Positions 13,515 through 26,282 of a DNA stretch of 64,000 bases are shown piece by piece. The stretch comes from Phoronis australis. Lineage: Eukaryota > Animalia > Phoronida. Location of the stretch: assembly GCA_002633005.1 (NCBI GenBank), contig NMRA01000638.1, forward strand, positions 1 through 64,000, written 5' to 3'. The notes under the pieces are model-generated. The model was not told the origin of the DNA. It saw only the letters and a program-made list of their open reading frames with translations, and did not search any database. A program made the translations under genes and the position numbers. Numbering within the stretch: position 1 is the first letter of the stretch; every line of letters begins with the position of its first letter.

Positions 13515-14868
13515 GAGGCTGAAAGAGCAGTCTAGATGATAAAAGGTATACTCAACAAGTGTAACGACGAGTACTTAGCCCTCATGATGTATCACAATAT
13601 GCCCAAGGCGTGTAGTACACTCCTTGATACGCCCCCACAATATGGATGTTCTCCTTCCCAACTCGGCATCGGTCGCCAACTGAGGACACTGACACCCATA
13701 CACCCAGATCTGCCATTGCCCTAACTTACTGACACAACGCTTCTACGTAAATCAGAGAATGAATATCGTCAGTGAATGTAAACCAACTTCGACTTGAGAC
13801 ACAAGGATGTTGAACCTAAGAGCTTGTCCCCTGTAGATAGAGTTTGGATACCAGATTTAAAAAATGAGAGGGAGGATCATCAATCTTCAGGACCCACGTT
13901 TTCTCATCACTGAAACGTCAAATGAGAGTCACGTCCCAAGAAATAGGTCTCATGTGAGGAGGCTTGATCCCATTCCAGAGCTTGGAAAGTTACACCTAAA
14001 CAGTCAAAACCACCTTCAGACGCTGGCAGTACAGAACGGTCCTCACCTCTGAACCAGAAAGTGGAACTCCGCAGGCATAGCTCTCGGATCCCGGTCAAAC
14101 AAGCCAAAGAGACTCATTGAGGAGATGTGACAACACTCTCCGACTTTTGTGTTGAACATAGTTTTTAGTATGTTTATTTAAGATAATTTTTCAAGTAGTA
14201 GATTTAGTTCCGAAGTGTTAAGGTTGTTCATTGACTTAGAATGGGTAGATGTAGTAGTACCTTATATCAGTTTGTGACAACGACGGGATTCGCCCGGTTT
14301 TGAAGCAATAGACATTGTACGGACTTCAAAGACTTCTTCTCTCCAAAGTATTATGTCACTGTATAACAATGAAGATCAAGTCTCCTACTTTTATTCGACA
14401 TAATATACATCGTAAAATTTAAGGCCATAAAATTGATCTCCACTTGTTCCAAGTAATTTCTGGGTTCACAAGGAACTGTCATTTCATTATTCCTTTACTG
14501 CCGTAAATAAATTCTGTGTTGTCATTGTCCGAGTCAGTGACGACCGAGTTTGTCATTAATCAACTTCTCATATCTACTACTGCATACTTCGCGTGGTCAG
14601 TATCAGTGAAGACTGGGATCACCTAGTACATTCAGTTGGACGGACTGGTTCCACTTCTCTTAACAACACATATGACATCTTGGCCACCATCTTCCTGAAC
14701 AGACTGGTAACATAGTGTAAAACTTCATTCAGTGCCTAATAACCATTTTCTTAAAGCCCCCCAAAAAAACAAGATTATAATAAAAACAGTATACCATATA
14801 TTGGCAAGATGCCACAGCAGAAAGCTTCAGAAGCATACTTTCACATTGATACTATTTCATTGGCTTAA

Positions 14869-15252
14869 AGCCTAACTTCAACGGAATTTTGTTACTCTAG
14901 ATGAATTAGGCTAACCAGATAGTCCTATCAAAGACTTAATAAAATAAGAAAACGCGAGTTCAATCACGCAAGTGTAAGTCCGTCAAATAATAAGTGAAGC
15001 TGGCTTTTCGTGCCATGTACAAATAACAAAAGGTTGTAATGAATAGGGGTCTGAATAAAACACCATTGCGTGCGGGTGTTATTCGCAGCTGTTTGAATTA
15101 AAAGATGATGCTTGCGGTGACGTAGACAAAAGCAAGCTAATACGCCAAACGGTTTGTTACATTTGGCAATTTATGGCTCTAGTGGGCTAAAAGCGAGGCT
15201 TTTAACATAGTGTAGGAACCAAATTTACATGTATTACCGTTGAAGATAGGCT
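14869..15252. mobile_element. TTAA-target MITE (Kolobok-type AG...CT ends)
   Basis: TTAA|AGCCTAACTTCAACGG...CCGTTGAAGATAGGCT|TTAA. Confidence 0.8.
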
Positions 15253-16257
15253 TTAAATTCCTGTCATAAAATAGACATATCATTTGACAGATCGGCAACC
15301 CTTGGAACACATAACACAGCCAAGGTATCATCATCTGAGCTACAGTGGAACATTTACATCAACTGCTCAGACGAGGATCTCAAGATGATTTTGTGTTAAT
15401 TGACCTCAAATAGCTAATGGGAATAAGTTAAACAATTTAGCGATACATACACAAATGCTTATAGAACAAATGGCAGGAAATTGTGTCAGAAACAAGATGT
15501 TGTAAACTAATATACAAACAGCTCTATCAAATACAAAGTACAGTGGCACTGTTGCAGCACTGTGCAAGTCAAACTCTTATCACAATATGATGTCGTTTCA
15601 ACATGGAAACATAGTCAATAACAGATAGATACAATTTCTCGATATTTATTCATGTTTTCTACTCGTATGACCACTATACGGTTTTAAAAACTATTATTCA
15701 AACTAAAGAGAATGATAAAAAGTAATAAATGCTCCTATTCAGTATTGACTAAAGTAATTATCTTAATCAGCTGCTAGGCAACATCTAGGTCCCCACCTTG
15801 TAGCATGGCAACTGAGTAGATACCAAAATGACCACATCACTAACTCAGAACTAATACATACTCTAACTACTACAATAATAAATGCGAGTTATTAATGTAT
15901 AATGTATTCACAGACCTTTTCTTCACTGGAAGACAAGTGTCTAACCTGATATAAACAATATTCTTTACTTACACAGCTTTGAATTCATGCAAGCGCCTTT
16001 CAATGAGTGGATACACAAAGACTATCACTTGGCAATTAAACTTGAAACGGCTATAATACATGATTTCACAAGACTTGGATGTTGTTAAATTAAACACAAT
16101 TGTCTACATATACTTGCATGACGTACTACCTATCAAATGCCGACAACTAATATGACAGACTCCAAAGCAATATCGTCACTACTGAATCTTAAAATTCATT
16201 TATTACTCAGTAGGTTGCAATTTCATCAATAGATTCTGTCGCAAACAATTCTTATTA

Positions 16258-17744
16258 CCGTATTCGCTGTAATAACCACCCATGCCCCTATAAGCACCCC
16301 CCACGCGTTTTCAGACTTTGCTAAAATAAGCACCCAGTCCATGAACGTGTACGTGCGAAAAATGCCTTACCTACAGTCCTAATATTCTACAGTAACATCT
16401 TCAATTTATTAATAATATCCGAAAGTTCTGAAAAAAATCAATGTGCGCAGAATTTGTAGACCACGAGCCTCACTGCTATGTCGGTATTTAGCCGTGACTA
16501 TACACTTCAAACTTCCGCCATGCCTCAAAACGAACACAGAAGTTCTGCTGATCTTGCGAGGACCAATGGTCTGGCCTTTCAGAACAGAAGTAGTGTAGTT
16601 GTCTACGGGATTGCTTGGTAGATATTTCCCGCTTTCAACAGGAATCCAAATTTCTTTGAAGGTCTACACGTGAAAACCGCGAATCGAAGACTAATAAAAA
16701 GCTTGGCCAGTGTTAAAAGCCCGTGGCCAGGAAGCACGCACTACATACATGAACTTGTCATCAAAGACATTAGTCGGGAACTATCCATTCATGAAACAGG
16801 TAACATAGCATCGGCAAGAAATGAATATTGGAACTAATTTCTGACAGTTTCTCATACTATAAAAAATGTCTGTGTTATTTTTAAGATGAATTGTTTGATT
16901 AACCATAATTGATGTTTTTAAGCCAAATATCCGTAAAATGACCACTGACAGTGAATGCTTACACACCCTTACACCGAAAAATAACTGTTAGATAATCACG
17001 TACGCATCCAGCCACCCGGCGACTAATATGGCACATGAGACCGGCAAGTGCTGAATGAAACACGCTCTGGTTTAAGCCTACTGCTTGTGCAAATTTCTTT
17101 AGACACAATGCACAACTAGCTCGTTAGATTGCGTGACTTTGGCCAAAAAAACAGTAGGCCTATCTGCTCTGGCAAATGAACTCTGGTGACACGCACGTGC
17201 TCGCTTACTCAAAACGCATACAACTTCAAAACAAACGTCATGAGACAACAACATGTTTGTTCGTCCAGACATTTTTCCCATGTTGCCGCTCATACATGTA
17301 GATGGCACAATGTAGCACAGATTTGTACTTAAACCTGCCGTGATCCCGACTCCACGGAACTTAAAAATCTTAGGGACGCTGCTTGGAAAACTTGAGGATT
17401 TCAGGTAATTTGCTTGAGTCAAAACTGTATTTTTATTCAAGCATTCTAGTCACCATATCGAGGATTGCGAGGCAGGCAGTGGGGGAGTTTTAGCCCTAGA
17501 ATTTCAGCACAATTTTCTGTAAAATGATCGTAATTTAGCAGCAAAGTTTGATAGCAATGCACCACGGTTTTGTAGAAAGTCTTTCATAGATTACAGATAC
17601 GTCACAGAGCGTAAATATGATGAATCTTAGCTTCCGATTTCACCCGTTTCAGTGACCGGGTTTCAATGGCCTTGGGTTATAATAAGCGCCCCCCCTGAAA
17701 CGAACTTTTCTAAGTGCCCTGGGCGGTTATTACAGCAAATACGG
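16258..17744 (-). mobile_element. TA-target TIR element, family A, copy 1 (Tc1/mariner-pogo-like ends), degraded HIRAN-like segment
   Basis: TA|CCGTATTCGCTGTAATAACC...GGTTATTACAGCAAATACGG|TA; homologous to 38384-39869 along its length. Confidence 0.85.
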
Positions 17745-18213
17745 TAATAAGAGGAGATGGAAACTCCCCTCATGCAACAACGTATTCCTGAAGTTGGTAT
17801 GTGATAGATACACTTCGGTATCATTTTTTTTGCCACATGAAGTCACAACCTGATCCAGAAAATTGATACTGTCATAGGATGGCAATAAATCTAACTTAAA
17901 ATTAGCTGAAACTCACAAAGGGATTGACAACAACCTCAGAAATAAAATGCTTGGAGGTTGTCATGGAAATTCTTTCATAAGAAACCAAAAAAAACGGACA
18001 GGGACCATTTCAATAGAGTATAACCATGCCAAAATGGGAATGGTGTAGCAGTATGATCGCCATATTAGCATAATACAATGGGTACAGCAGTCAAACTGCC
18101 ACTTTTGTTACATTCTGTAGTACATGGCTCAAGATATCCAGAAAACAATTGAACAAGGCATCGTGCTTGTCGCCATGTAACTCTAATATTAACTCATACC
18201 ACAATAACCATGA

Positions 18214-18587
18214 TCAAGACTTGCTCGTAGAATTCCTTCGACTGCTGCCACCACCTGGCTTTGGAATGCGTGATCCAGATGTCGACGTTCTTGCCTCTAA
18301 TATGGGCGTGGTCCGAGAGGGTGTGGTTCGGGAAGGTGCGGTCCGTGAGGGCGTGGTTTGTGACGTGGGCAGGAAGCCTGGAGGAGTCGCGTGGCTCGAG
18401 TGAGCTTGTGCTGTGTGCCTGCGATTCTGTATGACATGTGTCTGGTACGTGGTAGTCACTTGTGGTCTACCTCCCACAGTCCTTGTCTCCGTTTGCATTG
18501 TGGTATACATCTCTGGTTCATCCTCACACACTTCAGACACTTCACTCTCTGCACGGCTGCTGCAACGACTACTGCAGATACTTGTCC
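18214..18587 (-). CDS. MACF1: spectraplakin terminal coding exon: Ser/Arg/Thr-rich tail with an SxIP EB-binding motif
   Basis: TAG acceptor; (G)TSICSSRCSSRAESEVSE...TPSRTAPSRTTPSRTTP...SGSRIPKP...STSKS*. Confidence 0.92.
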
Positions 18588-19083
18588 CTAGAAACATGAC
18601 AGTGGAATCAAAACCAATAACGCAACTGTACCAATTTCAATGTCAAAGGACTTTTCGCAAACAGTATTTTCTGTAATAAAGTCATCCTAATACAAAGGGG
18701 AAATGTATAGTACAATGAATAATCATTTTGGTTACATTTGTACTTACAACAATTTGTTATGTACACTGTATCTCATCGGAACCTGGCAATGTTAGTTTTA
18801 CAACCTATTACAGTGGTGTATTCTACTGATGCTCATACACAGCTGTGTGGCCTGTAGTACTGGCCAATCTGGTCAATGCCCTGCATATAGCAGGATGACC
18901 TACAAGTATTAGCCATTTTCGTTGATGGCCTAGTGGTATTGGCCAATTCTATAGACTCCCCACTCATTGTTGCAAGGTCTAGAATGGTGCTGGCCTATTC
19001 TAATGATTGCATTCCATTCCTGTTCTAAGGTCAATTCAGGAGTTCTATTCTATTGATACCGTGCCCACTGTTGTGCAACTCAC

Positions 19084-19162
19084 CAGGACTCAGCACACCT
19101 CTAGGCCGGTGTGCCATGATCTGAGACACTTCTCTGTCTGGTGTAGCACCAGAACGCCGACT
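19084..19162 (-). CDS. MACF1: spectraplakin tail exon
   Basis: CAG|SRRSGATPDREVSQIMAHRPRGVLSP+1|GTGAGT; 79 nt; needed to bridge phase 0 to phase 1. Confidence 0.85.
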
Positions 19163-19360
19163 CTGTGGACAAAAATTATATAGACTACCTTACAAGTTTG
19201 ACTAGGAACAAAGGGCTGCAAGCAAAATCACCTGTTTGGACCCTACTCTGGAAAACTGTCCTAAAACGGGATGACTAACAGGAAATCAAGGTCTGTGACA
19301 GAAATTCCGGGTAATACGGTGGCCTCATTCTAAAACCATAACATTACTTTAGTTAGCGAA

Positions 19361-19434
19361 ACCATCAAATTGATAATGTAATTAGATCACTGATGGTACC
19401 ATCAAATTGATAATGTAATTAGATCACTGATGGT
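19361..19434 (+). repeat. 37-bp tandem duplication; each unit has ACCATCA/TGATGGT inverted ends
   Basis: Units start at 19361 and 19398. Confidence 0.85.
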
Positions 19435-19462
19435 GATCATGTGGTAAGGTCATGTTACTCAC

Positions 19463-19593
19463 CCTACTGACGGGTGTGCGTGGACTGCTAGCTCCACTAC
19501 TGGTACTCTTTGGCGTGAAGGCTGCCATGGACTGGGAGACCCCTTGGGCTAGGATGAACTGTTCTCTCAATTCTGTATTGGTCCGACCTTTTG
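19463..19593 (-). CDS. MACF1: spectraplakin post-GAR exon
   Basis: CAG|(A)[28 protein letters not shown]...PVSR|GTGAGT; 131 nt, phase 1-0. Confidence 0.95.
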
Positions 19594-21899
19594 CTGTTGG
19601 CAGAAGCAAGTGATTCATTAATATTCAAGGATAAATGAGCTAAATGAGTGTTGTCATTTGAACTACATACAACAGAAAACCTTTGTGACAGTGTAACTCT
19701 AAAATGGATGAATTATTTGACATGTGTGCTAAGTGGATACTGAAATATACAGTTTGAATAACAACACTGGATTATTAGCGACATAAATTCCTGAAATTAT
19801 ATGTTGTAGATTGTGAAATACATTGTGATATATCGGTATTATCAAAAGCTCAGAACCTGTAGTGCTGAAACACACACACTATACAAACCACACATTAAGA
19901 GAAGCACTTCAAAAATCTACAACTAACATCACCACAGAGAAAACAGTGTCTGATCAATACCATTTCAGATCTTGCAACCAAAATAGTATACTGGAACCAA
20001 GTATAGTGGCTAAGTACATGTGTGTAGTGCACGTGAATAGCTACTGCACATCCAAACATTTCTAGCTGAGTGTTACTACCTGAATAAGTGGTATCATAAA
20101 AATCTAAATAAAAATTCCACTAGATTAAGTACAAAACACTAGAAATTTCAATAAATGCACAAACTGAAACTACCTTGACGTAGAAAAACCCAAGACAGGG
20201 TTCGGATCTCGTGCACGCATCCGAAGCCAGTAACAAAAAGAAGAATAACTGACCATACAATTTTACACAGTCACGTGACATGAAGTCCCAAAAGTGATCT
20301 CTTTTACCATAAGATATTCGTGTTACACAATGTTTTTCAGCTTGAACAACAAGTTGCCATGCCAATAAAACTGGGCCAAAAACATGAATGAAAATTATTC
20401 TTTGTTGAGCATTCCAAGCTGAACGTATTCCAAAATAAAGTTACACAAACAATACAATCACACGTTGAGAATATTTTGCCATATCTTTCCTATCGTGTTT
20501 TTTACGAAGGACTGTGTATTAAATCAAGACATACCGGTATTCGAAAATGCATGCAAGGATTTGGAATTGCGAGACTAGCTTAAAAACACAATCGAACCAA
20601 ACTAAACAGAAACAAACTAAATACCAGAAAATAACCCCTTAAAACGTTAATTCACTAAAGGTTTTGTTAAGACATGCAACTGGTATGCTTTGAGAGGATG
20701 CTCATACAGGATGCGCATAAACTCTGGCCACATATTACTTGAGGTCAGAGTTTATGTTAAGATGTTCCTGAACCAGCCATCTTTCCCTTTTGACCCTTTT
20801 GACTCTACCCATGTTTGGAAAATAGATGCATCAGTGTCAAATCTTCTGTAACAGTGTGCCATCCGGAAAAGCTACCGGAAAGGAATATCAGAAGACAATC
20901 TCTGCTTCAAATCAGTATAGGAAGTTACATAGTCAAACTGTTGGGTGACCCCCAACTCCCTCTCTCAGTAAAACTATGCACTACGTACTCCAAGTTCATA
21001 TACCTTTCTCAACTATTGCTTGTTAAGGTAAAATCAACACTTTTAAAACCATCACCTTCCTGATAAACATTGTCATCCAATAAATACAAATTTCAAGGAA
21101 ATTTGGTATCATCAACACATAAGTTTTTAAAAATAATATGTGGCAAAGTAGTTGCACTTCTCAAATTAATGGACCTAAAGGTCATTTCAGGATAATGCTA
21201 ACTTGCCACATGTTGTTTTAATGACCCTTGCATGAGCATTATTTAGCCTACTAAAAGTGGACATGCTTGAAAAACTGGAGAGGGTCAAAGCATTCAGCAA
21301 GAGGCAGCATGCAGGCACCTCATCTGCTTAAAGCGCTGCTGGAAATAACGGAACCGATTCCTCCGCCAGATACCAACTATATTGGAGGAAGGAAGAAAAT
21401 CGAGTCAGAGTAAAGAGATAGATGACACCAAACAATAACTGTGGTGCTGGGAACACATTGTGATCATTGGGTATGAATAATTAATATATCAATAAATAAA
21501 TACGGATAGTTTAAAAACATATTAACATGACATTAATACAACATTGAAAATAAATACCCAACTTTTAGTAAAATGTGCAATAACCAAGCATAACATAAGA
21601 CAAAGTCTATGGCATAAAACACATAACTGCACAACAAAGAACGACAGCAGGGGATATTACAATATTTAAATACCATACGGCGTACAACCTACTTGAGAAT
21701 GTTTGCCATGAGTGCATCCACTTAACAAAAAATATCGAACTATGTTCAGCAAACTCACAAATGAATAACAATGACAAAAATAAAAAACCTACAATCGCCA
21801 CACAACTGAATGAGTTCATATTGATTCGAGTTTAGTCTATTCATTAGACATCATCAGGTTATCAACAATAAGACATCAAGTGTCATTGTTATGTCTATC

Positions 21900-22560
21900 C
21901 TAAGCTCAGTTTTTCTGGGCTTTCTCTGTAGTTTGAGAGTTTCGTACTGATCCAATACAAGAGAGGTATAGTCAATATTGCTTGTGAAATTTGTACTACC
22001 AATTTAACTTTTGACAGTGACATAGCTACGATTTTCCAGTCATTGGGTGCCATTAGTTATCTTCTGAATTTCTTGAATAGCTGTAAAAGGCACTTCCTTT
22101 CAAAAATAACTGAGGCGGATAACTAAGCTGTTATTGAACCCCCAGAAAAAGGTTTTCATTTCTTTTCTCTTGATTACACTGGGCTTAGCAAGTTGAAACA
22201 GCAATTGTCTTGTACATTGTATACCCCCAGCCCTTGAGTAAACTATCCCATATGCTATGTAAATTGAAGTCACTCATCCCTTTGTTAACTAAAAGTAATA
22301 ATGTTGTTTATCACCTTGTATGTGATAATTGCAATGACTTCAATATGGGACAAACACAGAGATGCCTCTGTGACAGATTGATAGAACATCACACCTCAGA
22401 CAAAAGCAACATCTATGGGTATTGTGTCAGTAACAATCACCAAGCTAATTCTGTCAGTGTAATCTGTAAATAACCTATAAAAGAATTACCCTACATTAAA
22501 GAGTCATTGGCCATTCAGGACCAGCATGCTGCTGGTTCCATAAATAACATGTAGAGTTCA
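21900..22560 (+). mobile_element. Penelope-like element relic (GIY-YIG endonuclease)
   Basis: KSNNVVYHLVCDNCNDFNMGQTQRCLCDRLIEH matches the PLE GIY-YIG pattern VVY..C..C...YxGxT.R.L..R..EH. Confidence 0.75.
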
Positions 22561-24060
22561 ATGACTCCATAGATACTCATTTTAACAATTCGGGCCTCTG
22601 TCAAATCGCGCGGCCTAACGCAAAAGTACGTGAGGAGGATTCAAAACTTTCGGTCTCATCGCTTTGTATAGTAACGAAGGTGAACTTTGATTTTTATGCA
22701 TTTCGAGAAAATTTTTGAGTTTGAAACTAACTTGCTGTATTTTATGCAAACTAAATCGCGTATGCCAGCCATACAAGTCTGATTTTTGCTAACTTCACTT
22801 CATCTCACCATTTCCATTTAGGAATACTTCCAAAAAGGTAAACTCAGTCATTTTTCAAGAACCATGTTGACCTTTCCGGTGTTCAAACTGAACTTGAACT
22901 TTATTGGTCAAATGTAAGCAGAACCAGTCAAAACTTCCCTAAATTAGAAAAAGTGACCCAAATTGATGAAATATTTTCATTAAAATAGTACAGAATATTT
23001 TTAAAATTCAATTTAACTTCATTTTTTGGGATATAGTCTAAAGCTACCATTCAAGGCTCTGTTCAAGTGTTTCTGATGAAATTTGTATTTTGATTTGCCC
23101 TAGGAGACAGGTAGGGCTATCTTGGCTCCAGCTATCCACTGCGAATGTTAGCAGGGTTTTTTGTTTTGTGACAAATTTGACTTACCTTCATGTAGTTAAC
23201 TATAATGTCAAATGACTCCTTTTGATGACTACTTTTCAAAAATGTCAGTGCTGCTGTTTAATTTTTAGTTTTTCATTGCAGAAGATTTATACTAATGTGG
23301 TGCTGTTCCAGGATTTATGAATATTGATTTGGAGGAAAAGTTTTTGCCATTAGTAAATATATGCCATAATAAATTTAACTTATTGCATGCTCATGGTGGT
23401 GCTATTATTTCAAGCACCTATACACTATCACGTGCATTAGCAACGGTCCTCTTGGAAAGCAGGGCACACCATTGATGAAATTATCTTTACTAAACATTGG
23501 ATTGCTTTAATGTGAAAATTTTATAAGTGCAATATTCTGATGCTCAATATATATAATTTTCTGTACGACTTCGCAATTAAGACGTATGTCAAGAGAAAAG
23601 TCTACAATATCAACTAAGACTGCTTGAGAAACTCTATTTTAAAAAAATGGCATGCAAAGGGTGTTTTTGTATTCCTTTCTCAGAAATGTACACAACACTT
23701 TATGTAATGTTGATGATTTTTCCTATTTGTTATTGTAAAAATCAATTCCACGGTATATTTGTGTTGCCAATTTTCACTTAACGATTGTAAAGTAAGGCAG
23801 GGGAATTTCAGACCCCAGTTACTTACTCACAGGAACTGGGAAAATAAAAATGAAAGAAATGTTTATTTTGTGTGTGCTCTGCTATCTGATGACCACCCGT
23901 CATTACTGGAGACTTTCCCTCTCATGTTCTCTGATTTCAAATTTTGTGGTATTTTGTTTCAGGTGGTGTGTTATTATATAACTGGTTTTCTTCTGCAGGC
24001 AAAAATATAACACTTAAAACTGCATTCCTTCAATGCGTATAAAGTACAAAAACTTAATTG

Positions 24061-25575
24061 ATAAAAAATGTACAACACAAGTTTACTTATGAACATCGAA
24101 TACCTGTTGGCATCACAAAACCCTAAAGAAAATAACAGTGCCAACTGGTCCTTCCAAATTCCGACTTCTTCAATTCAATAGCAGGTTATCACTCCACTCA
24201 ATATTGGAACTGATTCTATTGTGACAAGTGAATATTCAGGTTCAGTGCGATACTGGAAATTAGCTCAGTCGTTTGTCTAAAAAGCCTTAGAAGTGTCCTG
24301 GGGAAAGAGTTCATTTTCACAAAATCAGGCAGAAGATACAACTCTTAGTTCCATATTACATTAGAGATATTCTATGTACCTGTGATATTTACAACCTATC
24401 CTTTTTATTTAGAGCATGTTCAGACACTAAAAGAGTGAAATGGACACTAGGTCTTAATGAGCATGCCTACCTTCATACTCATAAGTGTCACTGGTCAAGA
24501 AATCGTGGAGAACATGTCAATTCAGTTGATACGTAAAGCACGATGTGCTACGATTGAAAGTATTGGGGTCCCTTTTGATTGCATTCGAGAAGACTGTTTT
24601 GAATGAGCAGCAAACAGGGTCATGCGCACTCGTTTGCGCGACATACTTGTTNTATGTCGAATCCATCCGAAAACGGCAGGATAGCGTCATCTCACTACTA
24701 GGTGCCTACATACCAAATTTCATGAAAATCCGTTCAGGACTTTTGAAGATACAAAGGTAAGCGTAAAAAACTAAAATTGCCACTAGGGGGCACACCGGTA
24801 GTGGGATCCGTCCGAAAGTTCGCACATGCCGTCCCATTCATGAATGGAACACATGTGCCAAATTCCATGAACGTATGTCAAAGGGTTTTGGAGATAGAGC
24901 AGCGGACGCCGGACGGACGCCGCCCGGACGGACGGACGGACAGAGATGACGGCATAATGCGTCCACATATAAATATGTGGGCGCATAAAAAATGTACAAC
25001 ACAAGTTTACTTGTGAACATCGAATACCTGTTGGCATCACAAAACCCTAAAGAAAATAACAGTGCCAACTGGTCCTTCCAAATTCCGACTTCTTCAATTC
25101 AATAGCAGGTTATCACTCCACTCAATATTGGAACTGATTCTATTGTGACAAGTGAATATTCACGTTCAGTGCGATACTGGAAATTAGCTCAGTCGTTTGT
25201 CTAAAAAGCCTTAGAAGTGTCCTGGGGAAAGAGTTCATTTTCACAAAATCAGGCAGAAGATACAACTCTTAGTTCCATATTACATTAGAGATATTCTATG
25301 TACCTGTGATATTTACAACCTATCCTTTTTATTTAGAGCATGTTCAGACACTAAAAGAGTGAAATGGACACTAGGTCTTAATGAGCATGCCTACCTTCAT
25401 ACTCATAAGTGTCACTGGTCAAGAAATCGTGGAGAACATGTCAATTCAGTTGATACGTAAAGCACGATGTGCTACGATTGAAAGTATTGGGGTCCCTTTT
25501 GATTGCATTCGAGAAGACTGTTTTGAATGAGCAGCAAACAGGGTCATGCGCACTCGTTTGCGCGACATACTTGTT
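24061..25575 (+). repeat. Near-identical direct duplication 24061-24651 vs 24985-25575 around a single-N join
   Basis: Offset 924 bp; 2 SNPs seen; N at 24652. Confidence 0.92.
24653..24990 (+). mobile_element. HINE-like family H1, 3' end (copy 2), cut by a contig join
   Basis: Last monomer, (GGAC)n microsatellite, and hairpin TGCGTCCACATA/TATGTGGGCGCA. Confidence 0.8.
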
Positions 25576-26282
25576 ACCCCCTCCATTTGTCCGTCTTCCC
25601 AGTATTTCACACCTGCTGTGTCCTACTGTATATTTTACTAGCTTTTGCTCTGTGGTGGTACAACTGCATCATTTTATTTCCACTTGAAAATGAAACATGC
25701 ATGTTTCCAAATATCGTTCGTCTTTTAATCATGTCTCCTGGTCAGTTTCTTTACCAATGTTCTGTTTAGTGTCAAACTTTGTTGCGAGGATACGAATGAA
25801 ATGGAACAAAGATTATTAACAGCAACAAGTGTTGTGTATTGAACCAATTTTGCATAATCATAACTATTTTTAGAAGTTGTATTTTTGGTATATTGTAATA
25901 GTGACAGGAAGTTTTTGGCACTCAGGTTTTGCAAATGATATGTCAATGTCAGTTAGCCTTTGGCCCTTCCTCCTGAAACAAAGCTGTGTGAATTACACAA
26001 TATTTATTGTTAATCACAGTTACAAATTCATTTTTGTGCGGTACTGAATTTAAACAAACACCAAATACTACTTGCATCAAAAATCAGCTGATGTGACTAT
26101 AAGTGTTAACACAGGAAAATCAGTTGAAGACGTTTCTGGCGTTAATAACTCATAACAAGTCTGAATTATCTTGTGAATGCTTAAATGACATGGCAGAGAA
26201 TAATATACACATTTTATTTTTGCAAGTCTTTAAAAACTTCAAAAAATTAAGCAATTCGACTATTTACTTAACCAAATCTTAA

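Larger units (their letters stand above)
11840..14584 (+). mobile_element. Degenerate Ty3/gypsy LTR retrotransposon: integrase, PPT and probable 3' LTR (about 14250-14584), split by an insertion at 12033-13514
   Basis: YYSRDVEV, RHGVPHILFSNNGPQF..EFQAFSADWKFE, SN; resumes at EAERAV*MIKGIL...YLALMMY..SPSQL..GRQLRT...KRLIEEM*; purine tract AGAATGGGTAGA then TGTAGTAG. Confidence 0.82.

Noticed and set aside
18149-18676. + strand ORFs, e.g. VVREG repeats
   Set aside because: Antisense shadows of the terminal spectraplakin exon.
24545-25687. Duplicated ORF MLRLKVLGSLL...
   Set aside because: Lies in the haplotype-like duplication, has no recognisable domain and has different C-termini.
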